From Azolla caroliniana (lineage: Eukaryota; Plantae; Polypodiophyta): a stretch of DNA of 45,845 nt. The stretch covers positions 1 through 45,845 of the forward strand of contig JBHGNT010000242.1 in NCBI GenBank assembly GCA_043228905.1, in the 5' to 3' direction. The notes under the pieces are model-generated. The model had not been told where the DNA came from. It was given only the letters and a program-made list of their open reading frames with translations, and ran no database searches. The position numbers and the translations under genes were made by a program. This document shows, in pieces, positions 1-12,087 of the stretch (the first letter of the stretch is position 1; the number at the start of each line of letters is the position of its first letter).

Positions 1-762
1 AGGGTTCTCAAGCACGCACCCTATTCTGCAAGAATTAGCTCTTTCTCGGGAAAGGATAGGACGGAGAGATAAGACTTTTTGACTTGGCCCTCCAGCAGGC
101 AACCTCGTTACAGAAAACCAGGCGAGAGACCTACCCCACCCCCAAAGCCTTTCTCGCGGGGGGGGCTGCTCAGCCTTAGCCTCCCACGAATCGGTACTCT
201 TATTGTACATCGTTGATCAGCTTTTCCTGGGTGGATCAGGTATTCCCTCAGCCTAGAAAGCGATGGTTTGCCTGTCCCTACCCGCGCCTCTACCTGGGGA
301 GATGCTTTCTCCTCCTCAGACAGAACCCTTCGATCGCGTGATCAATAACTTTTTGATATTGAAATCTTTTTAGAGAGAGAAAACAACTACTCTCCATCTT
401 CCGACTTACAGGCGAAAAAGTGGACATTCGTTGTCGACACTGTTTGGTACCATTCGTATACGTCTTACTGAGTAACTCCCGTTGGTAGTAATAACAACTT
501 GACCTCCCCAAGCTCCCGTGGTAAAATCTTATTCCCACGGAACCTGGATTTCTGATCCGGTCCACGGGGGGGGAAATAGGACGCAGGCCTCGACTCAGTG
601 GCTCGTCACGGAACAAGCTGGCTAAGCCAGAATCACCGAGACGAATAACCTCTCTTTTCGTACATACCCCCGGTTTCCTCTCTCATTGCTGCTTCAGCAT
701 CATCGCTACTAGCGGGCCTCGAGCAGTCATCGGATCCTATCCCATAAAGATACGTATCTTTA
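1..762 (-). mobile_element. Degraded foreign or mobile element remnant, putative MORFFO-like (boundaries approximate, truncated at left)
   Basis: GC-richer, non-plastid-gene sequence upstream of 3'rps12 with broken reading frames. Has colinear homology blocks with 2914-3090. MORFFO identity and strand are inferred from position and context only. Confidence 0.45.
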
Positions 763-899
763 CTCACCTACTTATTAGGTAGCTAGGTTACCGAATCCCT
801 CTCAGGTAGCCTCGTTGGAACGAAAGAAAGAACGAAAGTCAGATATCGAAGCTGTCTCCATAAAAAAAAAATAGATTCCTTATCGAAGCGTATTTAATG

Positions 900-1225
900 A
901 TATGGATAAGCCTATACCAACTCGTCAATCTCCTCTCTATCCAATCCGTTTCGTGACTCACGCGAAAGCGAGAAACTCATTAGCAAATCTATCCATAAAT
1001 CTGATAGGTTTTTCGTTTTTCTATCCGTGCTATAAAGAAAGATTGAAAAATGAGTTGAAAACATTCGAATTTTTTTGTAAATTCTTTCGTAGCTGAGAAC
1101 AGCTGAAAGTAATTTTGTACTCTTTCTCTTAAGAGTAATTGAATGACGAGGAGCCGTACGAGGTGGGAATCTCACGTACGGTTCTGTATAGTGACATTGA
1201 AACTGACTCATCTGTCAACTATTCC
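900..1225 (+). other. rps12: 3' half of trans-spliced rps12 group II intron 1 (start approximate)
   Basis: Domain V-like GAGCCGTACGAGGTGGGAATCTCACGTACGGTTCT at 1151-1185 just before exon 2. Exon 1 is not in the window. Confidence 0.85.
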
Positions 1226-1457
1226 ACAACTACACCAAAAAAACCTAACTCTGCCCTACGTAAAGTCGCTAGAGTTCGATTAACCTCCAAGTTCGAGGTA
1301 ACGGCATATATACCAGGTATTGGCCATAATTTGCAGGAACATTCGGTGGTCCTTGTGAGAGGCGGAAGGGTCAAAGACTTACCCGGTGTGAGGTATCACA
1401 TCGTTAGAGGAACATTAGATGCTGTGGGGGTAAAGGATCGTAAGAAAGGGCGTCCTA
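1226..1457 (+). CDS. rps12: Ribosomal protein S12, exon 2 (232 bp)
   Basis: [21 protein letters not shown]...[20 protein letters not shown]; followed by GTGCG intron start at 1458. Confidence 0.97.
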
Positions 1458-2050
1458 GTGCGTTGCAGAGCATTGTCGCAACTTGTATCATCGCAGTGAT
1501 TCCGTATCAGTTGTTCTGATATGTCGAACGTGTAGCTGACCCAGCATTGCCAGGGGACTGAAGCCTGCTACTACAATACAAGGAGGATTGATAATTATCC
1601 ATCTATTTGCGTGAAACAACTTGGTGTCTAGGGTATTACATCCCAGTAAGTTGAGTTTTACCCGGACTCTTACCCAGAACAGAAAATCTTAGAATGTCTC
1701 TTCCTCTTGGAACGGGTTCAGACTATGATTACGGAGATTCGGTGGAATTTTTGTTTTGTGAACGTTCGGTAATTGGATCAATAAACCCACGGACATTTTG
1801 AGTAAGATAACTGAAATGCAAGATTTTATTTCTTCCATCCCTAAACTTTTTTTTTCTATTATCTTTAGAATGATGAGGAAGAAACGGATACTCAATGCAT
1901 AATGAGTAAATATGATCACTAAGGTTGAAGTGATTGAAAAAGAAAGTCACTTCAGTAGTTTCTATTCAATCATATGGAAAGCTGTATTCGATGAGAGTCG
2001 TACGTGCAGTTCGGAGGGAGGTCTCCGACTAACCGGCAGATCCACCCTAC
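1458..2050 (+). other. rps12: rps12 cis-spliced group II intron 2
   Basis: Starts GTGCG, ends ...CCCTAC; domain V-like sequence at ~1978-2015. Confidence 0.92.
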
Positions 2051-2076
2051 AATATGGAGTGAAGAAGCCAAAATAA
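2051..2076 (+). CDS. rps12: Ribosomal protein S12, exon 3 (26 bp)
   Basis: AATATGGAGTGAAGAAGCCAAAATAA, giving (K)YGVKKPK*. Confidence 0.95.
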
Positions 2077-2135
2077 TATTCTGAGATACCATTGGGATAA
2101 AAGAATTGAATGAAATCTGACATATCTGCAAACTC

Positions 2136-2609
2136 ATGTTACATCGGAGCAGTGTAGCGAACAGAAATAGAAATATAGAATCGGATCCAATATATCGTAA
2201 TCGATTAGTAAGCATGCTGGTTGATCGTGTCCCTAAAAATGGTAAAAAATCATTAGCTTATCAGATTCCTTATCGGGCTATGAAGCGGATTAGATAAAAG
2301 ACGAATAGGAACCCACTGTCTGTTCTACGGCAAGCAGTGCGTGGTGTAACCCCCGATGTAGTAACGAAATCCAAGCGTGTAGGTGGATCGACCTACCGAG
2401 TTCCCGTTGAAGTGGTACCCGCAGAAGGAAAAGCTTCGGCTATCCGATGGTCATCGATCGCGTGCCGAAAGCGTTCGGGTCGAAGTATGGCTTTAAGATT
2501 GAGCGACGAATCGATGGATGCTGCCAGAAATTCCGGTAATGCTATACGGAAGAAGGAGGAGACTCACAAAATGGCGGAAGCTAACAAAGCTTTTGCCCAT
2601 TTCCGTTAG
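2136..2609 (+). CDS. rps7: Ribosomal protein S7 (internal TAA 2295-2297 predicted U-to-C edited to CAA)
   Basis: ATG at 2136 in frame with [10 protein letters not shown]...KNGKKSLAY...RRVGG-type motif [11 protein letters not shown]...[14 protein letters not shown]. Confidence 0.95.
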
Positions 2610-2619
2610 TTTCAGGCTT

Positions 2620-2655
2620 GTTCCAATCCACAATCAAAAGATTGTGGATTGGAAC
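2620..2655 (+). terminator. 3' stem-loop of rps7
   Basis: Perfect 16-bp stem GTTCCAATCCACAATC-AAAA-GATTGTGGATTGGAAC, 10 nt after the stop codon. Confidence 0.8.
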
Positions 2656-2894
2656 CGGGGCGCGGGGTGTCGGGAATTGGAATGCGCCACAAACAAACGA
2701 TGGATAATTAGGATTTGAACGATGAGTAGGAGAAATCTAAGCCATAAGCGAGGGTTGATAATCATCCCTCATATTAGAAATTATTAGATTCTTTAGCTTA
2801 CCCAAAGGGACGGACTAATGTGAGGTTGAAAGGTTCGTCGGGGGAAGGAAAGAAGCAAGCGGAAACTCGACTGATTATGAGTGTGAAGCCTACC

Positions 2895-3200
2895 CATGAA
2901 ACGCCTCAAACATCCTATTCTGCAAGAGTTAGCCCTCTTTCAGGCATCATTCCTCTTAGCTTAGAAAACGATGGCTTGCTCTTCTTTACCCGCGCCTCTT
3001 ATCTTAAAGGGAAGCGACCTTTACTTAGGCGGGTTACTTAGATTACATAGCCAATAATTTTTTCTTTTCTTGGTATTGAAATTCTTTTTGAAAGGAAGAT
3101 AGAGCCACTCTCGGCTCGGTTTTACTACTCGCGTCGCGACTCGCGAGTGAAAAACCAACCCGACTCGGCACACCTGATGCTCCCAAGACTATACGCAAAG
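2895..3200 (-). mobile_element. Internally deleted, diverged second remnant of the element at 1-762 (boundaries approximate)
   Basis: 2914-2944 matches 20-50 (26/31), 2958-2999 matches 250-291 (34/42), and 3071-3089 resembles 354-371. Confidence 0.5.
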
Positions 3201-3296
3201 GCTCTACAGTAAGCGATAGTCCTAGAAGCAATAGTCTTATTATCTTATTAGAAGGAGTTCATCCTATGCAAACCCTTGGTGCATTACCCACCTCAG

Positions 3297-3325
3297 TTGA
3301 CACCGATAGGTTTTCGTGATATACT
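3297..3325 (+). promoter_or_regulatory. psbA sigma70-type (PEP) promoter
   Basis: TTGACA (3297-3302), 17-nt spacer, TATACT (3320-3325). Confidence 0.85.
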
Positions 3326-3371
3326 ACGAATCAACAAGCTTACTAGCCTGGGGAATCACTAATTTTTTTGA

Positions 3372-4448
<1,077 letters not shown>

Positions 4449-4473
4449 TACCCGTTTAGCTATGCAGTGTAAC

Positions 4474-4513
4474 TGGATACCAAACCTTTCCGTTCCGGAA
4501 GGTTTGGTGTCCA
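4474..4513 (+). terminator. psbA 3' UTR stem-loop
   Basis: TGGATACCAAACCTTTCCG / CGGAAGGTTTGGTGTCCA near-perfect inverted repeat. Confidence 0.85.
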
Positions 4514-4849
4514 ACGAAGGTTCGTCCCATGGAACAAACAGGAAGAAAGGTAATGGTTTGTCACGATCCTACAACCGTCGGCTCTTGGATTCTGAAGAAT
4601 ATTTAGAATACTCCTGTGTATAGGTATTAAAAAATATTATGAAAATTCACGGAATGCTTGTAATCTACCAATCGTTTGAATAGATTGGGTTGGGGGTATA
4701 TCCCTCATTCCACGGATTTCCCATTGTCTCGTTATATACACAACAAATATGTATGTGTATCAATCGAAGGACCTTAATAGCTATTAATGGCTTGATGGGT
4801 AGATCCTGTTCCCTTCCCCGCTCGGAGGGCCGAGTGAGTAGCAAAGGGG

Positions 4850-4923
4850 GCGGACGTAGCCAAGTGGATCAAGGCAATGGATTGTGGATCCATCATGCGC
4901 GGGTTCAATCCCCGTCGTTCGCC
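4850..4923 (+). tRNA. trnH-GUG: tRNA-His(GUG)
   Basis: Acceptor GCGGACG/CGTTCGC, anticodon arm ATGGA-TTGTGGA-TCCAT, GGTTCAATCC T-loop; encoded G-1 at 4849. Confidence 0.97.
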
Positions 4924-5105
4924 CATTCAATTAGTTAGAGAACTCGTTCTTATCGCTTGGAATATAAAAAGTTATGAGAAAAGGTGGGTGGGGTACGCAC
5001 AGGTCTCCCCAGTAATGTAATAACCATTCGGAATTCCCGATCCGGTTCTACAAAAATCTGTATAGAAATTACTCTACTTACTTGAGGTACTTATTCTATT
5101 GCATC

Positions 5106-5133
5106 TTGAACTTTTAAGGATTCCCTGTATAAT
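5106..5133 (+). promoter_or_regulatory. Candidate ycf2 promoter
   Basis: TTGAAC, 16-nt spacer, TATAAT, about 40 nt upstream of the ATG at 5174. Confidence 0.4.
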
Positions 5134-5173
5134 CATTGTGATAAATAGATAGTCTCTATCGCATAGAAATAAA

Positions 5174-8100
5174 ATGAAAAGAGAAAAAAAGGTAGGAAGT
5201 CCATATTCTCCATCCAAAGTTCCGAGGTTAGTAGAAATCGGTGGATTGGACTACTTCTTCAGATTATGGAAGGACCAACATCTCAAGAAATTTCTGATGG
5301 GTCCGCTCTCCAGTCATGAACCTTTTATCAGATCATTTGACTCATGAATTCTGAATCTGCTCCCTCTACGCAATCCGCGTCGTTCGGTGAGGAGGGATAG
5401 TACCGTCATCCTGGAAATCCTAGTTTTACTAGCAATGCCGATTTTTATGCATTGCCTGAATAAGGGAAGTTCGATCGGAGAAGGTTCGGTATTAGCAAAA
5501 ACAATGAATAGGAGTGTCGAAGTAAGAAAAGAACAGGTGGAAAATTCCAGTGACTTCCCTTACTGCGTCCCTCAATTCAAAAGATCGTTATCTGTTGAAA
5601 GGGATGAGAAAGGAAGAACACCTGATTCTTACTATTTCTTAGCTTCGAACGAAGATACTTCCACAGGTTCGACGAGGGAGCAAAAGCATCCTCTGGTTTC
5701 GGGCAGATGGAGGGTCTGCTTAGTGAGGGATTCACTCCCTAGCGAAGATATATCCAGAGACGAGACTGAGAGGATTCAGCCATTATGGATCGATAGATTT
5801 CTAGAAGATTCCAATAGGTTTTTCAAATTCTATAAATATGCGGGACTTACCAAAAATAGAATTGACTTTTACAAGAATGGTTCTGATTCATCATTTTCCT
5901 GGAAAGTATCTAACAAGCAAGATCCGGATCGACTACGAACAACAGGATTGAAAAACGATTTCAAAATCCCCGCAGACTCCTGCGATAAGATCTTATTCGA
6001 ATCCGAGGGGGGTGGGTCGGTGTTCCATCCCGAGCGGGAAGCCTTTTACGAATTGTCTTCATTCCCGTTCTGTATAAATAAAAAGCCGTCTCGTTATGGT
6101 ACATCCGGGTTAGATTGTCACGGAGGCGGGGGAGACCCTCCCATCCTACAAATTTATTCACAAATGAGGAATGCTTTAATATATCGACTCAATCGATTTC
6201 TTTTGATCGATGAGGAATCGAATCCGATTTCTATTGGGACAAGAATTCTTGGTATTAAGAATAGCGAGAAATCTGGTAAAAGATTTCCATTGAAAATGAG
6301 AGAGAACTACACACTTATTTTATATGACTATTTCTGTGGATTAGCTAGCAAATATCTCTTCCGGATGAAATATCGGTTGGGTGGCTGGGCGGGGAGCGGG
6401 GAATCCACTGGTGTAACAAGAATTGCAATTGAAGAAAGATTATTGGAATGGAAAGATAACATAGAGCGTGGATATTTTGCATTTCAAATCGATGAGTATA
6501 GGGATGTCGAGTCAAATGCGCATGGATGGCTCGATACAATCGGAGATTCGTCTTTCTCCTCTTTCGGGAGAGTATCTTTAAAACTAAAGTATGACTTAGA
6601 TAAATCGATTTGCGGTGTATCAAAAACGAGAAGCGAACTACTAGGTAGTGTTGGTACTAGTATCAACAAAATCACTCGGAATAACGAGAAGTATCCTCAT
6701 CGATTTCTCAATGTTTTACTTCTTTACAAAACGATTGTTACCGAAGTTACTCGCCAAAAATTTGTGATAGATACGATCGATTATTACACCGAGAAGTTGA
6801 ATCCTATAGGTCTTTCGAAGCTTAATCGCTTATCGAAATTACTTGGTATTAAAACTAAGGCAGCACAGATATCCTTCCTCAAAAGAAGGATTCTCGAGGG
6901 AAAAAATGGTTTAATCGTTGAGTCTAGATCGTTGATTGTTGATAAAAAATCCATAGGCTCGTCAATCTCGTTAGAACCCGCAGGGAATCCGCCTCTCGTT
7001 GGGTTACCCCACATCGAATCTACCCGAACAAGATTATCGAATGATGTTCTTTCCACTACGGGTAGGCAGATTTGGAATCTGCTTCTAGATAGTTCGAGTC
7101 GTGGGGGGGGTTCAAACAAAGACATTAATGAAAGTATTTCGAGATATATCTCCGATGAAGCGAATACACCAAAGCTTCTAGAACACTCTAACTCACCTGT
7201 ATGGGACTGTGCTAGAAGCAATTTCATTCCAAGAATCAAAAGGGATTTCTTTATTGGGAGATGCAGCAGTAGCTATCCCAACGTCTTAGAGAATCCGTAT
7301 GTGGACTCCAAAAATGAAGTCGTCTCATACAATACCATCTCATCTATTCAGTCCCAACTGTCAAATTCGTTATCACCCAGTCTATTGAAACGAACAGAAG
7401 GGGAGGAAACTGTTGGTCATGTACCTACAACGGTTCAACTTATTCCATCTAATCCGCAAAAACCTGCGACATCATCATCAACTCGTTCAGATAGGATTTT
7501 TCCTTTTTTGGATCTGAAGAGATTACTGTCGGGGTTGAGTTCGTCCCCTCATGAAACGAGAGATTCGTTTCTATCTTCATGCAGTAGCCATGGAATTCGT
7601 TTGGGAAAAACGTTGAGAAACTATAATCCATCGGCGGATCGGCGACCCCGACCTCGCCCTAAGAGTCTGGGATTGGATCAAGTCGATTTAGAAAAGCCCA
7701 TCGAAGATGGATCAGACTCGGGGAATTTTTTAACCCAGAATCGATTCTATCAAAATGATTCATCCATTGGGTCTTTCTGGGAACCAGAAGAATTGAAAAT
7801 GCTTTACTGGTCGCTAAGATTCTCACTACGCAACGATGTAACATCAAGATCTCTAATAGGATTGACTGGGAAGAAGGTTTCGCACGAAGATACGAAAATC
7901 GTAGATCCGTATGTTCGGAAAGAACCTATACGCCCATTCCATCTTATCAATTTCAATGAATTCTCGAAAGGTTTGAACGAATATAAGATATCTTTGATCT
8001 TTTGGAAAGACAATATCTTTGAAAAATGGAGCCTATTCAGAGAGTATATACCTTGGTTTTTTACCCCTAACTGGTGGAGATATTTCTACGATCTGATTGG

Positions 8101-11100
8101 AGAAACATATCCAGAAGTAGTACATAAAATAAGTGATGACCCGAATTACCCTTTACCTAGAATTTCTAAAAGAATTTCTGAGGGTGTATATAGAGCCAAA
8201 ACTTATTCATCACAAAGCCTAAGATTGAGATTCAAGAATGATTCTACCAATAAAAGATTATCCAAAATAGATCTTATCCTTTTCAAGGAATTTCCTAATG
8301 AAACGAAGATGTCACATTCAAGGTGGTTAGTTTCTCAATTTTCCAATAAGCTTATCTTATCTTACTTCGTTCTTTCAGTATTATACGTTCTTGCATTATC
8401 CAAGTATCTTTTATCTGCCGTTTCGGGCTCTAACTCCCTTCATTCATGGAAACGTTTCAATACTATTGGATATTTAATAGACCCAATGCGTGGATCCTAT
8501 TCAGAGAAGGGAATTTCTTCCCCTTCAACAAGGCAAATGCAAACGAGAGATGTACTAATCCATTATTTGAAGAGATTCTCGAATTACATAAATAATATAT
8601 TCTTTTTCTCCTTCGTCAAAAACGAACTAGATTTGTGGATACTTTGTAGGGAAAGCTCCGATATCCTTAATAGTAAGAAAGAACTATTAACGCACTATTT
8701 AGTAACGAATAATACTATTTCCAAGTATCAGTCGAAATCGAATTCCAATTCTAATTTCTCGAGTAGTCGGATCGATTATGAACCTTCTCCACAAGAAAGA
8801 TCTGATGTTTTGGCATACCTACCTCAATTCTGTCAAAACGATCTATTGAGTTACAAGATCCGTAGGTTAGATCCTGCGGAGAAGTGGGCTCTTTTCGCCC
8901 TCGAAAGAAATCTTCTATTTTCAGCAACGACGAGACGGAGAGGCGTTCTAGGTATGCCATGTCATGACATACCTATCTCACTCCAATCAGGATTATTACC
9001 ATCTGAGGGAACTCCGTTAGTAGGACCCATAGAAACTGGACGATCTTCCGTCATTAGGGATATAGCATCCAATTCCTACTTTCCGTTGGTGAGGCTACCA
9101 ATAAGAAAGTTGCTATACAATCGATCATATCTCAGAAATGTACATGGAAGTTTCATCTCGAGAGAGAGCGTACGCCGATTGGGTCTCGTTTTTGGAATAG
9201 CGAGAGAGGTGTCTCCCTGCACAATATGGATTCAAGATATTCATGAATTGAATATTCATCGTTCGTATCACAGACTAGAAGCTAATCCCAGGTTTTTGCT
9301 TTGCCTGATACTGAGTAATATTGGTAATGAGCGCAGTAACTCTCGCATTCGTAAGAATATTCTTCTTATTGCTTCGACTCATGTACCAGCAAGGGTGGAT
9401 CCAGCTCCGATAGCTCCGAACCGGCCAAACCAATTGATAAATTTCCGAAGGTCCAACAGGTGTCAACGTCAGAAAGGATTGTCAATCCTCCTACGTATCA
9501 AAGGCTTCGAAATAGAAGCTAATTCGCCTCTTCTTGAAGGTACTGGGTCTGGAACTACGGGTTATAGCAAACGAGATTCATTCCTTTCTGCTAATGAAGC
9601 GTTATTAATTGGTACTTCGAGAAGAAAAAAGGTTTTATGTAGTGATGTCATTGGATTAGCTTCACATAGACAACATTCAATTGTTACTTGTATAGGCAAT
9701 GAAACAGAATCTAGTTCTGAATATAATATTCATTCTCACAGTATAGTAGAAACTATTCTCAAAAATAGTTTGATAGATACTTATCCCACAAATATTCTAT
9801 CTAGTGGTAGTAATGCATCAAAGAGGCGATTTTACTATTTGTCTAACTGGTACGTGGAACCCCCAATAACCGAATCAACAATTAAGGAATTCACTCTGTT
9901 TTCGCATATCCCAGGGCTACTAGCTGGATTAGCGGCCCGCGATTCGTTCGAAACGGATATGGGAAAGAAAGAAAATTGCATTATTCTTGATAAAGTTGTA
10001 GAGAATGGTTTTAACCTAGCTTGTGGCGTTCTAGAAAACCTCTCGAAAGATTTCCCATGTTCAGAAATCTGTAGAAGCAGAAATCAATCCAATCAAAGTC
10101 TTTCCTTTCCTTTTTCTACTGAACCCAGTTACTGTTCGGATATAACCTATGCAGGTTGTTCCTCCAAATCTACGAGAATAGGGGTGTTTAATAGCTTAAC
10201 CCTCCGAATGAAACAGTCACTCGAAATCGACTCAATTCCGATGGAAGTATCGCGTGAAATTGCCTGGTCCCCCAAGGCTTGGCGCCTCAGTTTCATGCGA
10301 AGTGGTACTTACGAATCGATAAGAGTATTATCCGAATTCAATAATTTGTATAATATAATCCTCCTTTACCAAAGTCAGAATAAAATACCCCAACGGGATT
10401 TCGAATTGAATAGGATTAAGTATAGTGAAAATAGATCGTATGATAAAAAAGGATATCTTTTCGGTTATGAGAGAGCTTTAGGTAGGTTGAGACAAAGATA
10501 TATTAAAAAACTGGAAGACCGATTGGATAATCTCTCGTTACGTGAGCAATTTTTGGAATTGGGAATCTCCGACTCGTCCAATCAATATGAAACACAATGG
10601 AATCGATCCGATGAACCGACTCGATTCTTGGGGGGGCGCTTTGTCTGGGATCCCACGCTTCTGTTCCAGCCGGATCCTAATATTCCTTCCCCACATCGTT
10701 GTTTGTTGGCGAAGCAAGAACTGGTGCGTAGGCTTTATGTCACTTACGGTATGAGAAGGGAGCGCGAAAAACATCTCTCAAACAAAAAAATTCTGAATTT
10801 TTTTATCTATCGTGGGTATGATCCGAAATCGATGACTGAATCATCTGTCAAGCGGTGCAATAACTCCCCTCCGGATGAGGAGCGACATTCCGAATACGTC
10901 AAAGAAACTTAGTTTATGCATATACATCCGCAATATCCACAGACATTTGTTCCCATTCACTTGTATCAAAACATTGTAATAGAAGACTTGCAGGAGCGAT
11001 TCACTCGTTTCAGGCTTCTGGTTCATAGAAGTAGATGGAAACGGAACCGCTCTCCATTCAAGGATTTCCTTATCTATAATATGTTGCTTGAAACTTATCA

Positions 11101-11182
11101 ATATCTATTCGATCCGTTCCAATTTTGTGAGACGTCATTGGATAGAACAACGAAACAATCTTTTCATGAAAGTCCAATATGA
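5174..11182 (+). CDS. ycf2: Ycf2 (FtsH-related AAA protein of the plastid import motor); internal TGA 5345-5347 and TAG 10910-10912 predicted U-to-C edited
   Basis: ATG at 5174 is in frame with the 1841-aa ORF and the 88-aa tail ORF. Degenerate Walker A GPIETGRS, Walker B IWIQDIHEL, ASTHVPARVDP motif, C-terminal YNMLLETYQYL. Exact 3' end is less certain. Confidence 0.93.
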
Positions 11183-11299
11183 TATAAAAAACCTTAGATA
11201 CTCTTCATTCAGTCTAGGTCTCTAGCAATGCAGGAGTATCCAAAGGTCGAATCAGTAAGAGGAAGATCTATCTCTTCTTTTTACTGATAGAACAACATT

Positions 11300-11331
11300 A
11301 TGATCTAAAATGATTGAAAATTTTAGATCAT
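11300..11331 (+). terminator. Stem-loop downstream of ycf2
   Basis: 12-bp inverted repeat ATGATCTAAAAT / ATTTTAGATCAT with 8-nt loop. Confidence 0.5.
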
Positions 11332-11616
11332 TCCCTATATAAGTCTTTCCGTTATACAAAACGAGTATAAAGAATAAGAAAATTGTCAATTTATTCGTTC
11401 TGTAGTGGGTGTGGCAAGCGACCCATCCCACAGGGAAGTTTTGGGTATCCTACTCAGACCCGGGGAATTCTTGATGTAGATATTGATCAATTTTCATAAC
11501 ATTATGGGGTGTACCTCCCCCTTATTTATTCTCGCGTGAATCGAGTTCTCTTGCCGGAGAAGACGTCAAAACCTCCACCGTCTGAAACTCTTTCATTCCA
11601 CCGAAGAGGTATGAAT

Positions 11617-11688
11617 CTCCCCGGATAGGACTCGAACCTACGACCAATCGGTTAACAGCCGACCGCTCTACCACTGAGCTACCGAGGA
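11617..11688 (-). tRNA. trnN-GUU: tRNA-Asn(GUU)
   Basis: TCCTCGGTAGCTCAGTGGTAGAGCGGTCGGCT-GTT-AACCGATTGGTCGTAGGTTCGAGTCCTATCCGGGGAG cloverleaf. Confidence 0.97.
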
Positions 11689-11763
11689 AAAAGTAGGGAT
11701 TTTTGCCTCACAGACAACCAAAGACCCTTTTTTTCTATGGAATTCGCGTACACCCCAACTCCT

Positions 11764-11792
11764 ATTATAGGAGGAAGCGACGGCTATAGCAA
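11764..11792 (-). promoter_or_regulatory. Candidate trnN promoter
   Basis: On the minus strand TTGCTA, 17-nt spacer, TATAAT, about 75 nt upstream of trnN. Confidence 0.55.
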
Positions 11793-11798
11793 TCCCAT

Positions 11799-11844
11799 TT
11801 GGATAGTGGATGGAGCTCCCGTTGGATAGTGGATGGAGCTCCCG
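11799..11844. repeat. Perfect tandem duplication, 2 x 23 bp
   Basis: TTGGATAGTGGATGGAGCTCCCG at 11799-11821 and 11822-11844. Confidence 0.95.
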
Positions 11845-12087
11845 AATCGTGGGGGGGCTCGCGTCGCGCGATCGACTCCAGCCATGGCCGATCGTGGTTG
11901 GTTGTCCCCCTCCCCATGATTCGTACGTATCAATGACCAATCAAGAGTTTCTATTCCCCACCCTCCGAGAAGCATAGTAGAATAGCCACGGGATTATCCT
12001 AATAGAAGTGTATGTTTGGATTATGGTAGGGTAGTAATGGGGAGCGTGAGGAGTAGTCGGCAGGTATCAAAATGAATTGGAGCTAAT

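Noticed and set aside
1139-1519. 126-aa ORF as a complete rps12 gene
   Set aside because: Only 1226-1457 is exon; the flanks are intron read-through.
4690-4938. 82-aa ORF in the psbA-trnH region
   Set aside because: It runs through trnH, starts at TTG and has no recognisable homology.
10916-11182. Separate 88-aa gene after ycf2
   Set aside because: It is the in-frame Ycf2 C-terminus beyond an editable TAG.
11858-11868. CTCGCGTCGCG 11-mer shared with 3128-3138
   Set aside because: Too short and low-complexity, and the flanks do not align.
11668-11975. Small ORFs next to trnN
   Set aside because: They are kept open by GC-rich repeat and hairpin sequence, and one overlaps the tRNA.
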